64,000 nt of DNA from Rebecca billardiae RCC1528 (GCA_965240325.2 OZ251243.1:1116001-1180000); one strand, 5' to 3'. Counted from the first letter of the stretch, positions 32,887 through 45,599 are shown. Made by a program: numbers and translations. Notes: generated from the letters alone by a model not told the origin.

Positions 32887-35684
32887 TCAGATCATGTTCC
32901 GCGCGATCCGCTCGAGCAGCTCGGCGTCCTTGGCCTGCACCGCCACCTCGCGCGCTTCCTGCGGCAGCCCCATCCGCATCAGATAGCCGACGCGCTCGTG
33001 TGCGCTCGTGAGGCGCTCGACGTACCGCCTGGCGTGCGACGGCTCGGACTGCTCGAGGCACGCGTCGACGAAGGGGGCGAAGCCCTGCGGGTGCGCGAGG
33101 CGCGCGCGCGCGCGCGGGCGCGCACCGCGCGGCCTCAGCAGCGCGACCCCCGGGCCGAGCGCGCGCGCCCGCCCCCCCAACTCCGCGGCTGGGCTGCGCA
33201 GCATGCGCGCGGCCGCGCTCTGCGGCTCCGGCCCTCTGCGGCGCGGCCGGCCGGCCGGATCGCGTGTGCGCGGCGCAGCCGCTCGTGCACGGGCGAGCCC
33301 TGCCCTACGCCACCACCCTAACCCTACCCCCTCACCCTACCCCAGCGGGCAGCGCAGGCGCACGCGCGCGCACACGCACCCCTGGAGGGTGCTTGCGCTC
33401 TCGCGAGAACTCATCGAGGCCCTCCCAGTCGTGCATGTGCGCGAGCGCAGCGATCTTGATGTGCCAGAACCGGCGGTCCGGCACCTTGAACTCGGAGCGA
33501 AGCTTGGCAGCTCGCTTCGCCTGGTGGAGACGCCGGCGCCGCCGCGCCACGCGCGCGCGGCGGCAGGCGCGTGGGCGGGGCGCGCGCCGAGGGCGCGCGG
33601 GCGGGCGCGCGGGCGGGCGCGCGGGCGGGCGCGCGGGCGGCTCTGACGGAGCGCGGGCTCGGGGCGCGCGGGCCGGCGCGCACCTGCCGGTACAGGAAGC
33701 ACGCGAACAGCGTCTCCGAGAGCGAGCGGTCGACGAATTTGAACTGCGAGCGCCGCGCCGCCGCGCCGCCGCCGCCGCCGCCGCCGCCGTCCGCGCCGCC
33801 GCCGTCCGCGCCGACGCCGCCCGCAGCGAACGCGCCGCCGAGCCCGGCGCGCGAGGGCGCGCAGTAGGGGCCTCCCGCGGCCGAGTCGTCGGGCTCCTGC
33901 CCCGCCGTCACGCGCTCCAGGTCGACCTGGATCTGGAAGAGCGCCAGCGCCTCCTCCGCCGCGCGCGCGTCCGGCGCGAGCGCGCGCTCGCGCGAGAGCG
34001 CGGCCACCGCGCCGCCCAGCCTGCGCGCGCGCTCCGCAGCTGTGGGCGCGGCGTACGCGCGGCGGAGGGCGAGGCGCGCGGCGTCCTCGGAGCGGCCGAG
34101 CTGCTCGTGCAGCTGCGCGAGGCGCGCGTGCGCGCCCGTGCGCGCGTAGTGCGCGCTCAGCAGCGCGCTCGCCTGCCTGTGCGCGCCCACCAGCCGACAC
34201 AGCTCCGCGGGAGCCAGCGCCGCCTCCGCATGGAGGACACACAGGGAGATCAGGTCCGGGTCGTGCGACGCGCACGCGCGGCCGAGCGCGGCGGGAACGT
34301 CTGAGAGCTGCAGCAGCAGCGGCACCTGCTGGTGCGGCCGCAGCTCGAAGTGGAGCAGCCGCGCCGCCAGCCCCGCGCGCCCGTGCGCGTGCGCGACCGC
34401 GGCCACGTTGGCGAAGGAAACTTCCGGAAGTGTCTGCAGCCGCGGCAGCAGCGCGCGCAGCAGCGCGGCGTCGGCGTCGGCCGCCGCGGCCGCGGCCGCC
34501 GCGCCGCCGCCGCCGCCCTCCGCCGCGACGGCGTGCTCGATGCGCGAGGCCGCCCAGTGCTCCACCACCGGCGCGCGCGAGAGCCCGTGCGCGTCGCACA
34601 CGCGCGCCGCCAGCAGGTGCTCCCAGCGCGCCAGCAGCCGCCCGACGAGCGCGCGCACGCCTCCGGCCGCGCGCAGCCGCGCGTGCGTGAGCGCCAGACC
34701 AACCGACGGCTCCCGCACGGCGTTGAGCGTGCGCAGCGTGCGCGCGGCGCGCGGGAGCAGCTCGAGCTCGTCCGCCGCGGCCGGGCCGAGCCGCTCCGCG
34801 CCGGACTCGTCGTCGAGCAGCGGCGCGGCGCGGCCGAGCGCGGCCGCGCGCAGCAGCGCGAGCTGCAGCGGCGGCGCGTGCGCGGCCAGGGCAGCGTGCA
34901 CGCACGTCGTGGCGGCCTCGCGTACGCCGGCGCCGAGCGCGCGGACGAGCGCAAGGCAGTGCAGCGCGTCGCCCGCGCGCTGCGCCTCCGACGCCTCGAG
35001 CAGCCGCGCCGCGGGGTGCAGCGAGCCGGGCCGGAGCACCGCGGCGGTCGGCTGCTCGACGCGAGATAGCATCTCGTGAGATAGCATCTCGCGAGATTGC
35101 ATCTCGCGAGATTGCATCTCGGCGGCGCGCGGCCCGATCAGCCGCACGCCGTCCTCCTCGCGGAGGAGGTGGAGGCGCGGCGGCGGCGTGGACGCGGGCG
35201 CGCTCCAGCGCACCGTGTCCCCCGCCGGGCCGACCATCAGCAGCGACCCGTCCGCCAGGCACGCCACCACCGAGTCCGACGCGCACCAACAGAGTTGGGG
35301 CGGCGGCGCGCCGCTGCCCAGCCGGCACGTGGTGAGCGTGCGGGAGGGGTCGGCGACGGGGAGGACGCGGAGCACGGCGGCGTCGGCGCCGCCGGGCTCG
35401 CTCACCAGCGCGAGCAGCCGCGCGTCCGCCGACAGCGCCATCGCGCAGAACGGCCCCGAGGTGAGCAGCAGGTCAGTAATACCCGCGCGGGTAATTGTGA
35501 GTACCGTGCCCGACTGTGTGCCCAGCAGCACCTCGGGCGCGCCCGACGCGGCCTGCGACGGGTCGATCGCGACGAAGCAGCGCGGCGGGCCCTCGAGCCG
35601 CGCGTCCGCCAGCGCGCGCGCCACCGGCTCCGCGAGCAGCGGCCGCTCGTCCGCGGCGCCGCCCATGCCGCCGCCGCCACCGGG

Positions 35685-35717
<33 letters not shown>

Positions 35718-36254
35718 CGCGCCCGCGGCCGTGCCGCCTCTGGCCGACATCTCGACGCACGGGAGGAAGTGGAAGCGGAAGCGGCGCGTGAGCAGGACCA
35801 CGCCCGAGCGCAGCACCTCGCACGCGTAGATGCCCTCCGCGCGCAGCTTCTCGCTCAGCGCGTGCTGCGCGAGCGTCGCGCCGCGCACGCTCAGAATGCT
35901 CACGACGCCGTCCTCGGACACCGCGGCGCAGCGCTCGCCGTCGAGCCAGCCGAGGCCGGCGAGGCGCGACGAGCCGAGCGCGACCGAGCCGATCGGCCGA
36001 CCGCTCGCCGAGCGCAGCTGCACGCGCGCGCGCGCGCCGCCCGCCTGCTCCTCGCGGACGAGCGCGAGCGCGCCGCCGTCGGGCGCGCCGGCGAGGCGGT
36101 GGCGCGCAAAGTCGGCGGCGGGGTCCCACGGCATGTCGTACAGGTGCTGCCGGCAGTAGTACCGGTCGGCGAGGCGGCTCCAGCCGGGCGAGCCCGCCAG
36201 CTCCTGCAGCGCGCGGACGGCATCGCGTGTCGCCTCGCTCGCGCCGTCCGCCAT
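32887..36254 (-). CDS. VPS16: Vacuolar protein sorting 16 (HOPS/CORVET); exons 36254-33684, 33520-33380, 33084-32887
   Basis: YYCRQHLYDMPW, APDGGALAL, LCWCASD, LRTLNAVR, QVPLLL and DPDLI; spliced C-terminus YRQ|AKRAAKLRSEFKVPDRRFW...HPPG|GFAPFVDAC. Introns are GT-AG. Confidence 0.92.
35061..35120. repeat. 4 x 15-bp tandem of a quasi-palindrome (GCGAGATWGCATCTC) inside the VPS16 coding exon
   Basis: Encodes EMQSR-EMQSR-EMLSH-EMLSR. Confidence 0.85.
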
Positions 36255-36399
36255 CCTGCCGAGCAACCGCGGGCCGAGCGTGCGCGACAAAAACCGCGCG
36301 CGCGGGAAAATCGCGACGAAATGAAAGTCCTCCTTTCCAAGGTGCGGCCGGGCGGCATCATCATCACGGCGGCGGCGACGCGGCAGGCAGGCTGTGCCC

Positions 36400-38589
36400 A
36401 TGCTGCTGCGGCTCGGCCTCCGGCACGGCGCGCGCACGGCGCGTGTCGGCGCGCCGGCGCGCGCGCTGTGCGCGCCGGCGTGGCTCGGCGCGCCCCTACG
36501 CGCGCCCACGGCCGCCGCGCCGCCGACGGCCGCCGTCGCGGCGTGCGCGCGCGCGGCCGCGCTCGGCCCGGTCAGCCTTGGCGCTGCGCTCGCCGCGCGC
36601 ATCGCCGGCGGGCCGGCGCTGGCGGAGGCCGAGGCGGCCGTCGCGCCGGCGGCTCGCGAGGCAGCGCTCGTGCCGCCCGCCAAGCCGCCGCCCGACCCCG
36701 ACGCGCCGCCCAACGCCGACGCCGCCGACGCGGGCGACGGCGCGGCCGCCGCCCTCCCAAGCGAAGCGCCGCCGGCGCCAGCACTGGCGGGCGCGGCGGC
36801 GGAGGTCACGTCGTCGCGCGTGTGGTGGCGCGTGCTGATGGAGATGTCCGAGGACGCGTGGCTCTTCGTCGCCGCGATGCTCGCCTCCGTCGTCGCGGCG
36901 GTCGCGGGCGTGCGCTCGGCGCAGCACATCGGCCACATCTTTGACATCATGAGTGACGGAGGGCCGCCGACGGTGGCGCTCGCGCCGGCGGTGGCGAGCC
37001 TGGTCGCGGTGTACGCGGTGCGCGCGCTGTTCACGTTCGTCTCCGCCACCCTCCTCTCCATGGGCGTCAACCGCCTCTCCACCCGCCTGCAGGTCCAGCT
37101 CGTCGGCGCGCTGCTCGAGCAGGACATGGCCTACTTTGATGGCGCCAAGGGCGGGGCGCTCGCCGCGTCGGTGACGGCGGATGTGAAGGAGGCGACGGCG
37201 GCGCTGAAGCACGTGCTGCAGAACGGGCTGCAGATGCTCACCGCGGTGCTCGGCGGCGCGCTCTCGCTCTGGGCCCTCTCCCGCCGCCTCTCCCTCGTCA
37301 TCCTCACCTCCATCCCCGTCACCACCCTCGCGTTTCGGCAATTCGGCGCGGTCGTGCGAACGCTCTCCAGGCGAGAGCGCGCGGCGGCGGCGAGCGCAGC
37401 GGCGATCGTGGGCGAGTCAGTGTCGAACATCCGGACGGTGCAGTCGTTCGTGGCCGAGCGGCTCGAGGCGCGGCGGTTCGCCGAGGAGGTCGACGGCGCG
37501 CTCGCGCTGCGCCACTCCCTCGGCATGCTGCGCGGCGCCTTCTTCGGCTGCCTCGCGTTCGCGCTCCACGGGGTGACCGCCCTGGTGGTGGCGGTCGGCG
37601 GCACCCTCGTCTCGCGCGCCGAGATGACGCACGGGGACGTCTCGGCGTTCCTCGCGCAGACGCGCGAGGTGATCGGCGCCGTCGGCGGCATCACGCGCCT
37701 CGCCGACGAGGCGCGCGACGGCGCGCACGCGATGCGGCGCGTCGTCGAGCTGCTCGAGGCGAGGCCGAGCGTGCTCGTGCGCGCTGACGATGGGATCGGC
37801 GGCGCCGCGCCGTCGTCGCCCGGGCTCGCGCCCGCGGCGGCGGTGCGCGGGCAAGTGTCGTTCCGGGGCGTGCACTTCGCGTACCCGCGCCGCGCGGACG
37901 TGCCCGTGCTCCGCGGCCTCGACCTCGAGCTCGAGGCGGGCAAGGTGACGGCGCTCGTCGGCGACAGCGGCGCTGGCAAGACGACGGTCGCGTGGCTTCT
38001 CGAGCGATTCTACGAGCCAGATGGCGGCGAGATCCTATTGGACGGCGTGCCCCTGCACCAGTACGACGTGCGCTGGCTGCGCCGGCGGATCGGGCTGGTC
38101 TCGCAGGAGCCCGTGCTGTTCGCGACCACCATCGCGAAGAACATCCTGTACGGCCGGCCCGACGCCTCCGCCGACGAGGTGCGCGCGGCCGCGGCGCGCG
38201 CCAACGCGCACAAGTTCATCGGAAACTTCCCGGAAGGGTACGCGAAGCGGCTGGGCGCGGGCGGCGCGGGGCTCTCGGGCGGACAGAAGCAGCGCGTCGC
38301 GATCGCGCGCGCGCTGCTGAAGGAGCCGTCCATCCTGATCCTCGACGAGGCCACCTCCGCCCTCGACGCGCACTCGGAGCGCGTCGTGCTCGACGCCCTC
38401 GACTCGGGGCTGCTCGACGGGCGCACGACGCTCGTGATCGCGCATCGGCTGAGCACGGTCAAGCGCGCGGACAAGATAGCCGTGCTGCAGGAGGGGCGCG
38501 TGGTGGAGCAGGGGACGCACGCGGAGCTGATCGCGAGGGGCGGCGTGTACGCCTCGCTCGTCAAGCTCCAGCTCGCCACGCACGACTGA
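36400..38589 (+). CDS. ABCB half transporter (ABCB8/ABCB10-like, probably mitochondrial)
   Basis: Arg/Ala-rich presequence, TMD (QDMAYFD, NIRTVQSF), Walker A GDSGAGKT, Q-loop VSQEP, signature LSGGQKQR, Walker B ILILDEATSALD, and IAHRLST. Confidence 0.95.
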   Translation: MLLRLGLRHGARTARVGAPARALCAPAWLGAPLRAPTAAAPPTAAVAACARAAALGPVSLGAALAARIAGGPALAEAEAAVAPAAREAALVPPAKPPPDPDAPPNADAADAGDGAAAALPSEAPPAPALAGAAAEVTSSRVWWRVLMEMSEDAWLFVAAMLASVVAAVAGVRSAQHIGHIFDIMSDGGPPTVALAPAVASLVAVYAVRALFTFVSATLLSMGVNRLSTRLQVQLVGALLEQDMAYFDGAKGGALAASVTADVKEATAALKHVLQNGLQMLTAVLGGALSLWALSRRLSLVILTSIPVTTLAFRQFGAVVRTLSRRERAAAASAAAIVGESVSNIRTVQSFVAERLEARRFAEEVDGALALRHSLGMLRGAFFGCLAFALHGVTALVVAVGGTLVSRAEMTHGDVSAFLAQTREVIGAVGGITRLADEARDGAHAMRRVVELLEARPSVLVRADDGIGGAAPSSPGLAPAAAVRGQVSFRGVHFAYPRRADVPVLRGLDLELEAGKVTALVGDSGAGKTTVAWLLERFYEPDGGEILLDGVPLHQYDVRWLRRRIGLVSQEPVLFATTIAKNILYGRPDASADEVRAAAARANAHKFIGNFPEGYAKRLGAGGAGLSGGQKQRVAIARALLKEPSILILDEATSALDAHSERVVLDALDSGLLDGRTTLVIAHRLSTVKRADKIAVLQEGRVVEQGTHAELIARGGVYASLVKLQLATHD

Positions 38590-38835
38590 TGCTCAACGGG
38601 CCGCGCCGGGACTGCGGTCGACCGCGAGGCCGGCCGCGACCTGCGTGCGCGTGACTGTCGTCGTCGTCGTTGTCGTTGCCAGATCGGATCGATCATCGAG
38701 CGCGCACTGAATGCGCGGAAGAATGATATAGCAGTAGTAAGCGGCGAAAAATGGCCAATACCAATCAAAGCAGCGCAGTTCTTCATCAAACATGATCGAC
38801 CACCAACGAAAGGTGAGCAAGCGCCGTCATCATCG

Positions 38836-40975
38836 ATGGCCGCCGCCGCCCGCCACCGGCAGCGGCCCTCGCGCCTCGGCGCCGCTGCGGCGCGGGCGCT
38901 GCTGGCGTATTGCGCGACGGCGCACGGGTTCAGCCTGCTGCAGAACAACAAGATCAGCTCGACCAACCCGAACAGCCTGCTGGGCAACGCGCGCCGCTGG
39001 CCCGCGCCGACCGAGGTGGGCGACTCCGCCGGGCTCGGCGGCGGCATCAGCTTTGCGTACGACCCGCAGTTCTGCGAGCAGATGCTGCCGCGCTTCGCGG
39101 CGGAGTCGGCGATCGACCCGCTCGGCCTGACCGAGGAGCTGCGCTGCGCGCAGCTCTACGCCGCCATGGACAACGCGATGGACACGTGGGCGAACAACCA
39201 CCCGGCCGTCAAGTTTACGCGCGACTTCTCCAAGTGCGCGGGCGAGGCGGAGTGCGCGTCGACGGAGCTGTTCATCTCGGTGTTCGACGCGGCGGCGGTC
39301 GGCGGGACGCCCAGCGGCTCCGCCGCCGAGCTCCGCCTCGGCTTCACCCTCGTGCGCGAGGCGTCGACGCAGGACACACCGATGCTCCTGCGGAATGCGA
39401 GCGGCGCGCAGCGGCTCGTCGGCGGCTCGAGCCTCGAGCGCGTGGCGCTGCGCTTCAACCAGACGCAGTGCTGGTACCTCGACTCGGAGTTCTGCGCGCC
39501 GCTCAACCTCGGCCGCGCCGAGGGCTCGCCGCTCACCTCGGGCCTCGCGCTCGTCGTCGCAGTGTTTGTGCTCTGGTGCGGGGCGACGGTGTACCTGGCG
39601 CTGTCGGCGGTGCGCGCCGTCTGGCTGTGCGGCGCGGGGCGGACGGGGCGGCGCGCGGCGTCGGCGGCGGCGTGCGCGCCGCTGCTGCTCGCGCCGCCCG
39701 CGCTGGACGAGCTCGCCGACCCCGCCGACCACGCGCCCGCCCACCCGGCGGAGCACGCGCCCGCCCTCTCCGCGCCCGAGCACGCGCTGCTCGTGGTCGC
39801 GTCCGTGCGGCCGTGGCGCACGGCGCTGGCTCTGTTCGTGCTGACGAGCAGCCTGCTGATGTGGCAGCTGGTGCTGCTGCCGTGCACGACGTGCTACGAC
39901 TTTGAGGTGCGCCGCGCGCGCGCCACCGCGCCCGCCGGCGGCGCGAGGAGCCGCCGCGCGTGCCCACCTGCGGCTGACTGAGCGCGCGCCCGCCCGCTTG
40001 CTCGCGCGCTGCTGCTGCGGCTGCTGCGGCTGCTGCTGCTGCGGCTGCGGCTGCTGCGGCTGCGGTTGCTGCTGCTGCGGCTGCGGCTGCGGCTGCGGCT
40101 GCGGCTGCCGCGCCCCGCCTGCCCCCGCGCTCGCGCGCCCTCCGCAGCTCGTCGCGGCGCACGAGATCGGCCATGTACTCGGGATCGGCCACCCAACCTC
40201 CTCCCCCTACCTGCTGGTCGCGCAGCCCGAGGCCGAGTCTCGCGAGGACCTCGCGTGCGGCCGCAGGCTGCTGGACGCGCTCGAGGTCGGCGTCGCGCCC
40301 GGCGGCTCGGAGGAGGCGGAGGTGGACGTGGGGCAGACTGTGATGGACGCGCGCTCGCAGTTCCCGCGCGAGACGTGCGTAGGGCAAGACGACCTGGACG
40401 CGCTCAACTCGCTCTACCCCGCGTGTGAAGACGGCACCAACCGAGGCCCACCGCTCTGCGCGCGCAGCCGGCGCTCGCTCGGCGCGACCCGGCTGCTGTC
40501 CGTGCTCCTCCTGCCGCTGGTGTGCGCTGTGGGGCTCGTGTTCAGCGGCGTGGCGGCGGCGCGGCGGCGCGCGGCCGCGGTGGTCGCGCGCGTGCGCAGC
40601 GCGGGGCGCGGCGAGGACGAGCGTGCCGACGGGCCCGCCGGGCACGCGGCGCACATGCCCGCCTCCTCCTTCGCCGGCGCGCGCGCGCACGTCCTCCGCT
40701 CCAACTCGTCGCTGTCGCGCGGGCTGGGCGGCAGCAGCGGCGAGCTCTCGGCGCAGGCGCGGCACGTGGCGCGGCCGCCGGTCGTGCAGCCGGGCTCGCG
40801 CGCGCGCGGCGGCGGCGGCGGCGGCGGCGGCGCGGAGGAGCTCTCTGCGAAGGCGCGGCACGTCGCGCGGCCGCCGGTCGTGCAGCCGGGCTCGCGCATG
40901 CGCATGCCGTCGTTTGCGCCCAGCGCCAAGCCCGGCGCTGGCTCGGCAGCGCCGGCGGTCGGGGCGCGCGTATGA
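38836..40975 (+). CDS. Membrane-embedded matrixin (M10/metzincin)-like metalloprotease; exons 38836-39906 and 40148-40975
   Basis: GT-AG intron 39907-40147 joins CYDFE|LVAAHEIGHVLGIGHP. Also Met-turn QTVMD, DDLDALNSLYP, AMDTWANNH, a signal-like N-terminus and three hydrophobic helices. Confidence 0.85.
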
Positions 40976-41265
40976 CTGTGAACTCAGTGAAGTGTGCGAG
41001 CGCGCGCGCGCGCCGCTTGCAGTCGTCTGATGGCATACGACCCGTTGCAGATGGCAATGCGCCACTGCTCCCCATGTGCGTACGGTCTCGTGGCTGCGTC
41101 ACTGGCGCAGACGGCTGGCGGGCGCTGTTGGGCCATGCGGATGGACGAGGCGTGTATACGTGTAGCTTACAGCAGCGCGGACGACGACGTCGTCGGTCTG
41201 GTCGATCGCACGCTCATGCGACATGCTGCCCGGGCAACACAACGAACAATAGATCGAATGATGAT

Positions 41266-42274
41266 CCCCTTGAAACCGCAGTTCACTAATCACTTTGCTT
41301 CGTATGGAAGCAAATAAGTTGACGGCGTCCGCTGAGGGCGCCCTGCGGCCAGTCAGGGCGCCTTTGGGCGCTGAACGCCGCATGACACTGTGCAGGCATG
41401 GTCTAGCGCTACCCTCAGACAGCCGCCAGACTGGTCCCTCCAGCTACAATGCCTCCACGATGGCATCCCGCGGCAGCGCGCCGAGCTGCCGTACGGGCGT
41501 GTCGTGCCCCGCCAGGCTGGCCGTGTGCCCGCGACACCCGGCTGCACGCCTTGCAGCTGCTTCAGGCAGGTAGGCGATCGGTCGAGATGGCTGTAGGCGG
41601 TGTACGTACTGCACGCGCTGGTCTGCGCGCGTTCACATGACTCGTCGCGCTGAACTCACTCACCTGCCAGTCGCGCGTGACACGCTTGGCGGCTTGCCGC
41701 ACGCAGCAGCCGCAGGCCGCGCGCGCGGCGTGATTGCCGAGTGCAAGTCAGCCAGGAGCTCGGCGGGATGGGCGGTCATGTTTCTTCGTCTGTTTCGGTG
41801 TCGACCACATGCGCGACGCGCGCGCCCCGCTGCGCAAGTACACCCTCCTCATTGCCGACGTCACACAGGAAGCCGCATGATGGATCTCGAGCTCGGAGAG
41901 CAGCGTCCGAGCACCACAGGCACTGACTGGCAGCCCGAGAGCCGACCGGCGGGTGACGTCCTTCACCCCGCCTGATGCGGTACCGCGTGCGGCACCATAC
42001 CGTAGCGATACGAGCACCTCAGAGGCGAACTGAGCACCCCTCAAAACTTTGCTTCTGGGCGTGCTCGAACACTCGTTTGGCACTCCGTTTGGACGCCGTG
42101 GCACCGGAGAAGGGGGAGGGCGGCGGCGATGAGGCTCGGGTGACCCACGAACATGCTCACAAAGATGCCTCTCAGCCATCGCGCGCCCTCTCGCGGCGTC
42201 CACCTGCCCGCCGAGCACGCACCCGCGGGGGCGAACCCACTTTGCTTCGTATAGAAGCAACCTGCGGTAAGGGG
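41266..42274. mobile_element. Probable non-autonomous TIR element with subterminal hairpins
   Basis: Left CCCCTT(GAA)ACCGCAG versus right-end reverse complement CCCCTTACCGCAG. CACTTTGCTTCGTATRGAAGCAA occurs at 41291-41313 and 42238-42260. AT lies on both flanks. Confidence 0.6.
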
Positions 42275-42415
42275 ATAGATTGGCGCGAGTCGACAGTGGT
42301 CCGGCTGCCCAACGGGCGTCGAGTCCGGCGGGCTAGGGGCGGGCGGCTGCCCACAACGGCAGCAGCTCTGATCGCCAGCCCTCGCCACCGCCCACCGCAC
42401 CGGCAGGGGTACACC

Positions 42416-44596
42416 ATGGGGGGCCGCCAGCCCGCGAAGGTCTCGGCGACGGCGCTGCGCGCGCTGGACGCGGTGAGCGCGCCCGGCCTGCGCCGGGGCA
42501 CGCGCGCCGCGCTCGCGCTCGCGCGCGGCGAGCCGCCGCCCAAGGACGAGCCGCCCGCGCCCGAGTTCCCGCCGGCGTGGGTGAAGCTGCTGCAGTTTGA
42601 CCTCACCGTGCTCGTGCAGACGGGCGTGAAGCTGCTGCTGCTGTGGACGCTGCTCAAGGGCGTGCTCGAGCTGGTGGTCGGGCCGATCGACGCCGCCCCC
42701 GTCGCCGCGCGCCCCGTGCACGCCCTCGAGCGCGGCGCGACCGCCACGCTGTACCATTCGTTTGTGAACAACTTTGGCGGCTTCGTCCAGGCGAACATCA
42801 ACATCCACACGATCTGCGCGCCGATCCTGAACGTGCTCGCGTGGCTGCCCGTCGGGATCCTCGTGTACTCGCGCCACTGGGCCGCCAAGCGCGTCGCGGG
42901 CCACGCCGTCACGCTGCTGTGGCACGTGCACCAGGCGTCGGGCATGATCGCCGTCTGCATGAAGATCCAGGCGTACGGCTTCGACCTGCGGAACTACCCG
43001 AGCCGGCTGGGGTTCAACCTGCAGTTCTACCTCAAGTTCTCCGCGGTCGTGGTGAACGTGTGCGACCAGCTCATCTTCGGCCAGGCCGCCGTCGCCTTCC
43101 AGCGCGGCTGGGCGTCCGTGCCGCGCCGCCGCCGGCCGTACGTGCGCGCCGCGTTTGCTCTCAACTTGTGCGCGTCCGCGCTCATTTTTTTAGGGCTGAT
43201 CGTGTGGGGCGTGCTCTCGATGGCGTACGCGGGCGCGCTCGACGCGGCGTTCGACCCGCGCGAGTACGCCTTCACCGAGGCCTCCTTCGGCGCGGACGGC
43301 GCCGTGTTCGTCGCGATCCCGACCCTCTACTTGCTCGCGTCAATTCTACCCTCGTTCCACTATTGGTTCCGCGAACATTCCGAGAGGTACCACGCGCGCT
43401 TCTGGGCGGACGAGCACATGCGCGCGCAGGTGGTGGTGATGGCGACGCCGTGGACCGTCTTCGCGCTCAACATCTCGCTGCGCCTCGTGCGCGTGCTCCG
43501 CGGGTACGAGGGCAACGGGCTTGCCGGGCTCTTCGGCGCCGCGTGGCCAGGCTGGATGGCGTCGGTTACTTGGGTGAGTATCGAGGCGCTCACGCTGAGT
43601 AACGTCGCGGTGTGGACGTACCCGGGCTCGGCGGCGGCGATGCTCGGGCTCGACTTCTCGCCCGACGCCGACGACAAGCGCCGCCCCTTCGCCCTGCCCT
43701 TCCTCGCCGACCGCACGACGCTCGTCGCCGAGGTGCGCGCCGCGCACGAAGCTTCCGGGAAGTGTCCGCTGTCGCTGCTGCCCGCCAGCGCGTGGCTCGA
43801 GCTGCTCGCGCGCTACCTGTGCCCGCCGTACGGCGTGTACCGGCTGGCGATGGAGCACGACGGCGAGGGCAACGCGGAGTGGTCGATGGAGGTGCTCGCC
43901 TTCACCTTCGGCATCTGGGCCGTGCTGCTCGAGGTCGCCTTCTGGCAGACTTACGTGCGGCGCTCGGACGTGGCCGCCGCGGGGCGCGTGGCCGACTGCT
44001 TCTTCGTCGGGCTGGTGCTGCTGCTGGCGGTGGTGGCGATGGTGGTGGTGCGCGACGGGCTGCTCTGGCCGGACGAGCGGAGCTTCGCCGACGCGAGGCA
44101 GACGCTCGGCAGCGCCGCCGCCGCGCTCGACGACGCCCTCGACGACGCGCTCGACACGGCGGCCGACGTCTTCGAAGACGCGGCCGACGCGCTCGGCGGC
44201 GCGGCCGACCGGCTTGGCGACGGCGCCGCCGACGCGCTCGGCGGCGCGGCGGGCGCGCTGGGCGGGCTGCTCGGCGGCGAGGGGGAGGGGGCGACGCCGA
44301 CGGCGGTGCAGCCGCAGCCGCAGCCGCAGCCGCAGCCCGCGCCCGCCGAGCGCCCGCCGCGCGGCGAGGCCAGCGGCGCCGACGGCGGCGCCGCGCCGGC
44401 GCCTGGCGCGCGCGACACCGGCGGTGGTGGCGAGAGTCCGAGCAGTCAGGCGGCCGAAGCGGCAGCTGGTGCCGAGGCGCCGGCGCCGGTGGGGGTGCCG
44501 TCGCCCGCCGCGTCCTCCCCGCCGCGCCGGCTGCCGCCGCTCGACGGCCGCTCGCGCAAGGTCGTGCCCCACGACGACTCTGCTGCCAACGGGTAG
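42416..44596 (+). CDS. Hypothetical polytopic membrane protein
   Basis: GC3-biased ORF from ACCATGG, with about 9-10 hydrophobic segments, several intramembrane His residues and an acidic low-complexity tail. Confidence 0.75.
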   Translation: MGGRQPAKVSATALRALDAVSAPGLRRGTRAALALARGEPPPKDEPPAPEFPPAWVKLLQFDLTVLVQTGVKLLLLWTLLKGVLELVVGPIDAAPVAARPVHALERGATATLYHSFVNNFGGFVQANINIHTICAPILNVLAWLPVGILVYSRHWAAKRVAGHAVTLLWHVHQASGMIAVCMKIQAYGFDLRNYPSRLGFNLQFYLKFSAVVVNVCDQLIFGQAAVAFQRGWASVPRRRRPYVRAAFALNLCASALIFLGLIVWGVLSMAYAGALDAAFDPREYAFTEASFGADGAVFVAIPTLYLLASILPSFHYWFREHSERYHARFWADEHMRAQVVVMATPWTVFALNISLRLVRVLRGYEGNGLAGLFGAAWPGWMASVTWVSIEALTLSNVAVWTYPGSAAAMLGLDFSPDADDKRRPFALPFLADRTTLVAEVRAAHEASGKCPLSLLPASAWLELLARYLCPPYGVYRLAMEHDGEGNAEWSMEVLAFTFGIWAVLLEVAFWQTYVRRSDVAAAGRVADCFFVGLVLLLAVVAMVVVRDGLLWPDERSFADARQTLGSAAAALDDALDDALDTAADVFEDAADALGGAADRLGDGAADALGGAAGALGGLLGGEGEGATPTAVQPQPQPQPQPAPAERPPRGEASGADGGAAPAPGARDTGGGGESPSSQAAEAAAGAEAPAPVGVPSPAASSPPRRLPPLDGRSRKVVPHDDSAANG

Positions 44597-44732
44597 CCGC
44601 GCGGCCGCGGCACCGCATCATGCGGGCCGAGTTCCCCCGCCGCCCAGCGGGCCAGCGGCTCGCGCGAGGCGGCGCACTATCGATCGCGCGTTAGCAGCTA
44701 CTCGTACTACTCGACCGTACGACTGCTATACG

Positions 44733-45589
<857 letters not shown>

Positions 45590-45599
45590 TATATATATA

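Noticed and set aside
40007-40108. Poly-Cys/Gly metallothionein-like stretch in ORF 39902-40975
   Set aside because: It is a GCT/GCG microsatellite inside the predicted intron 39907-40147.
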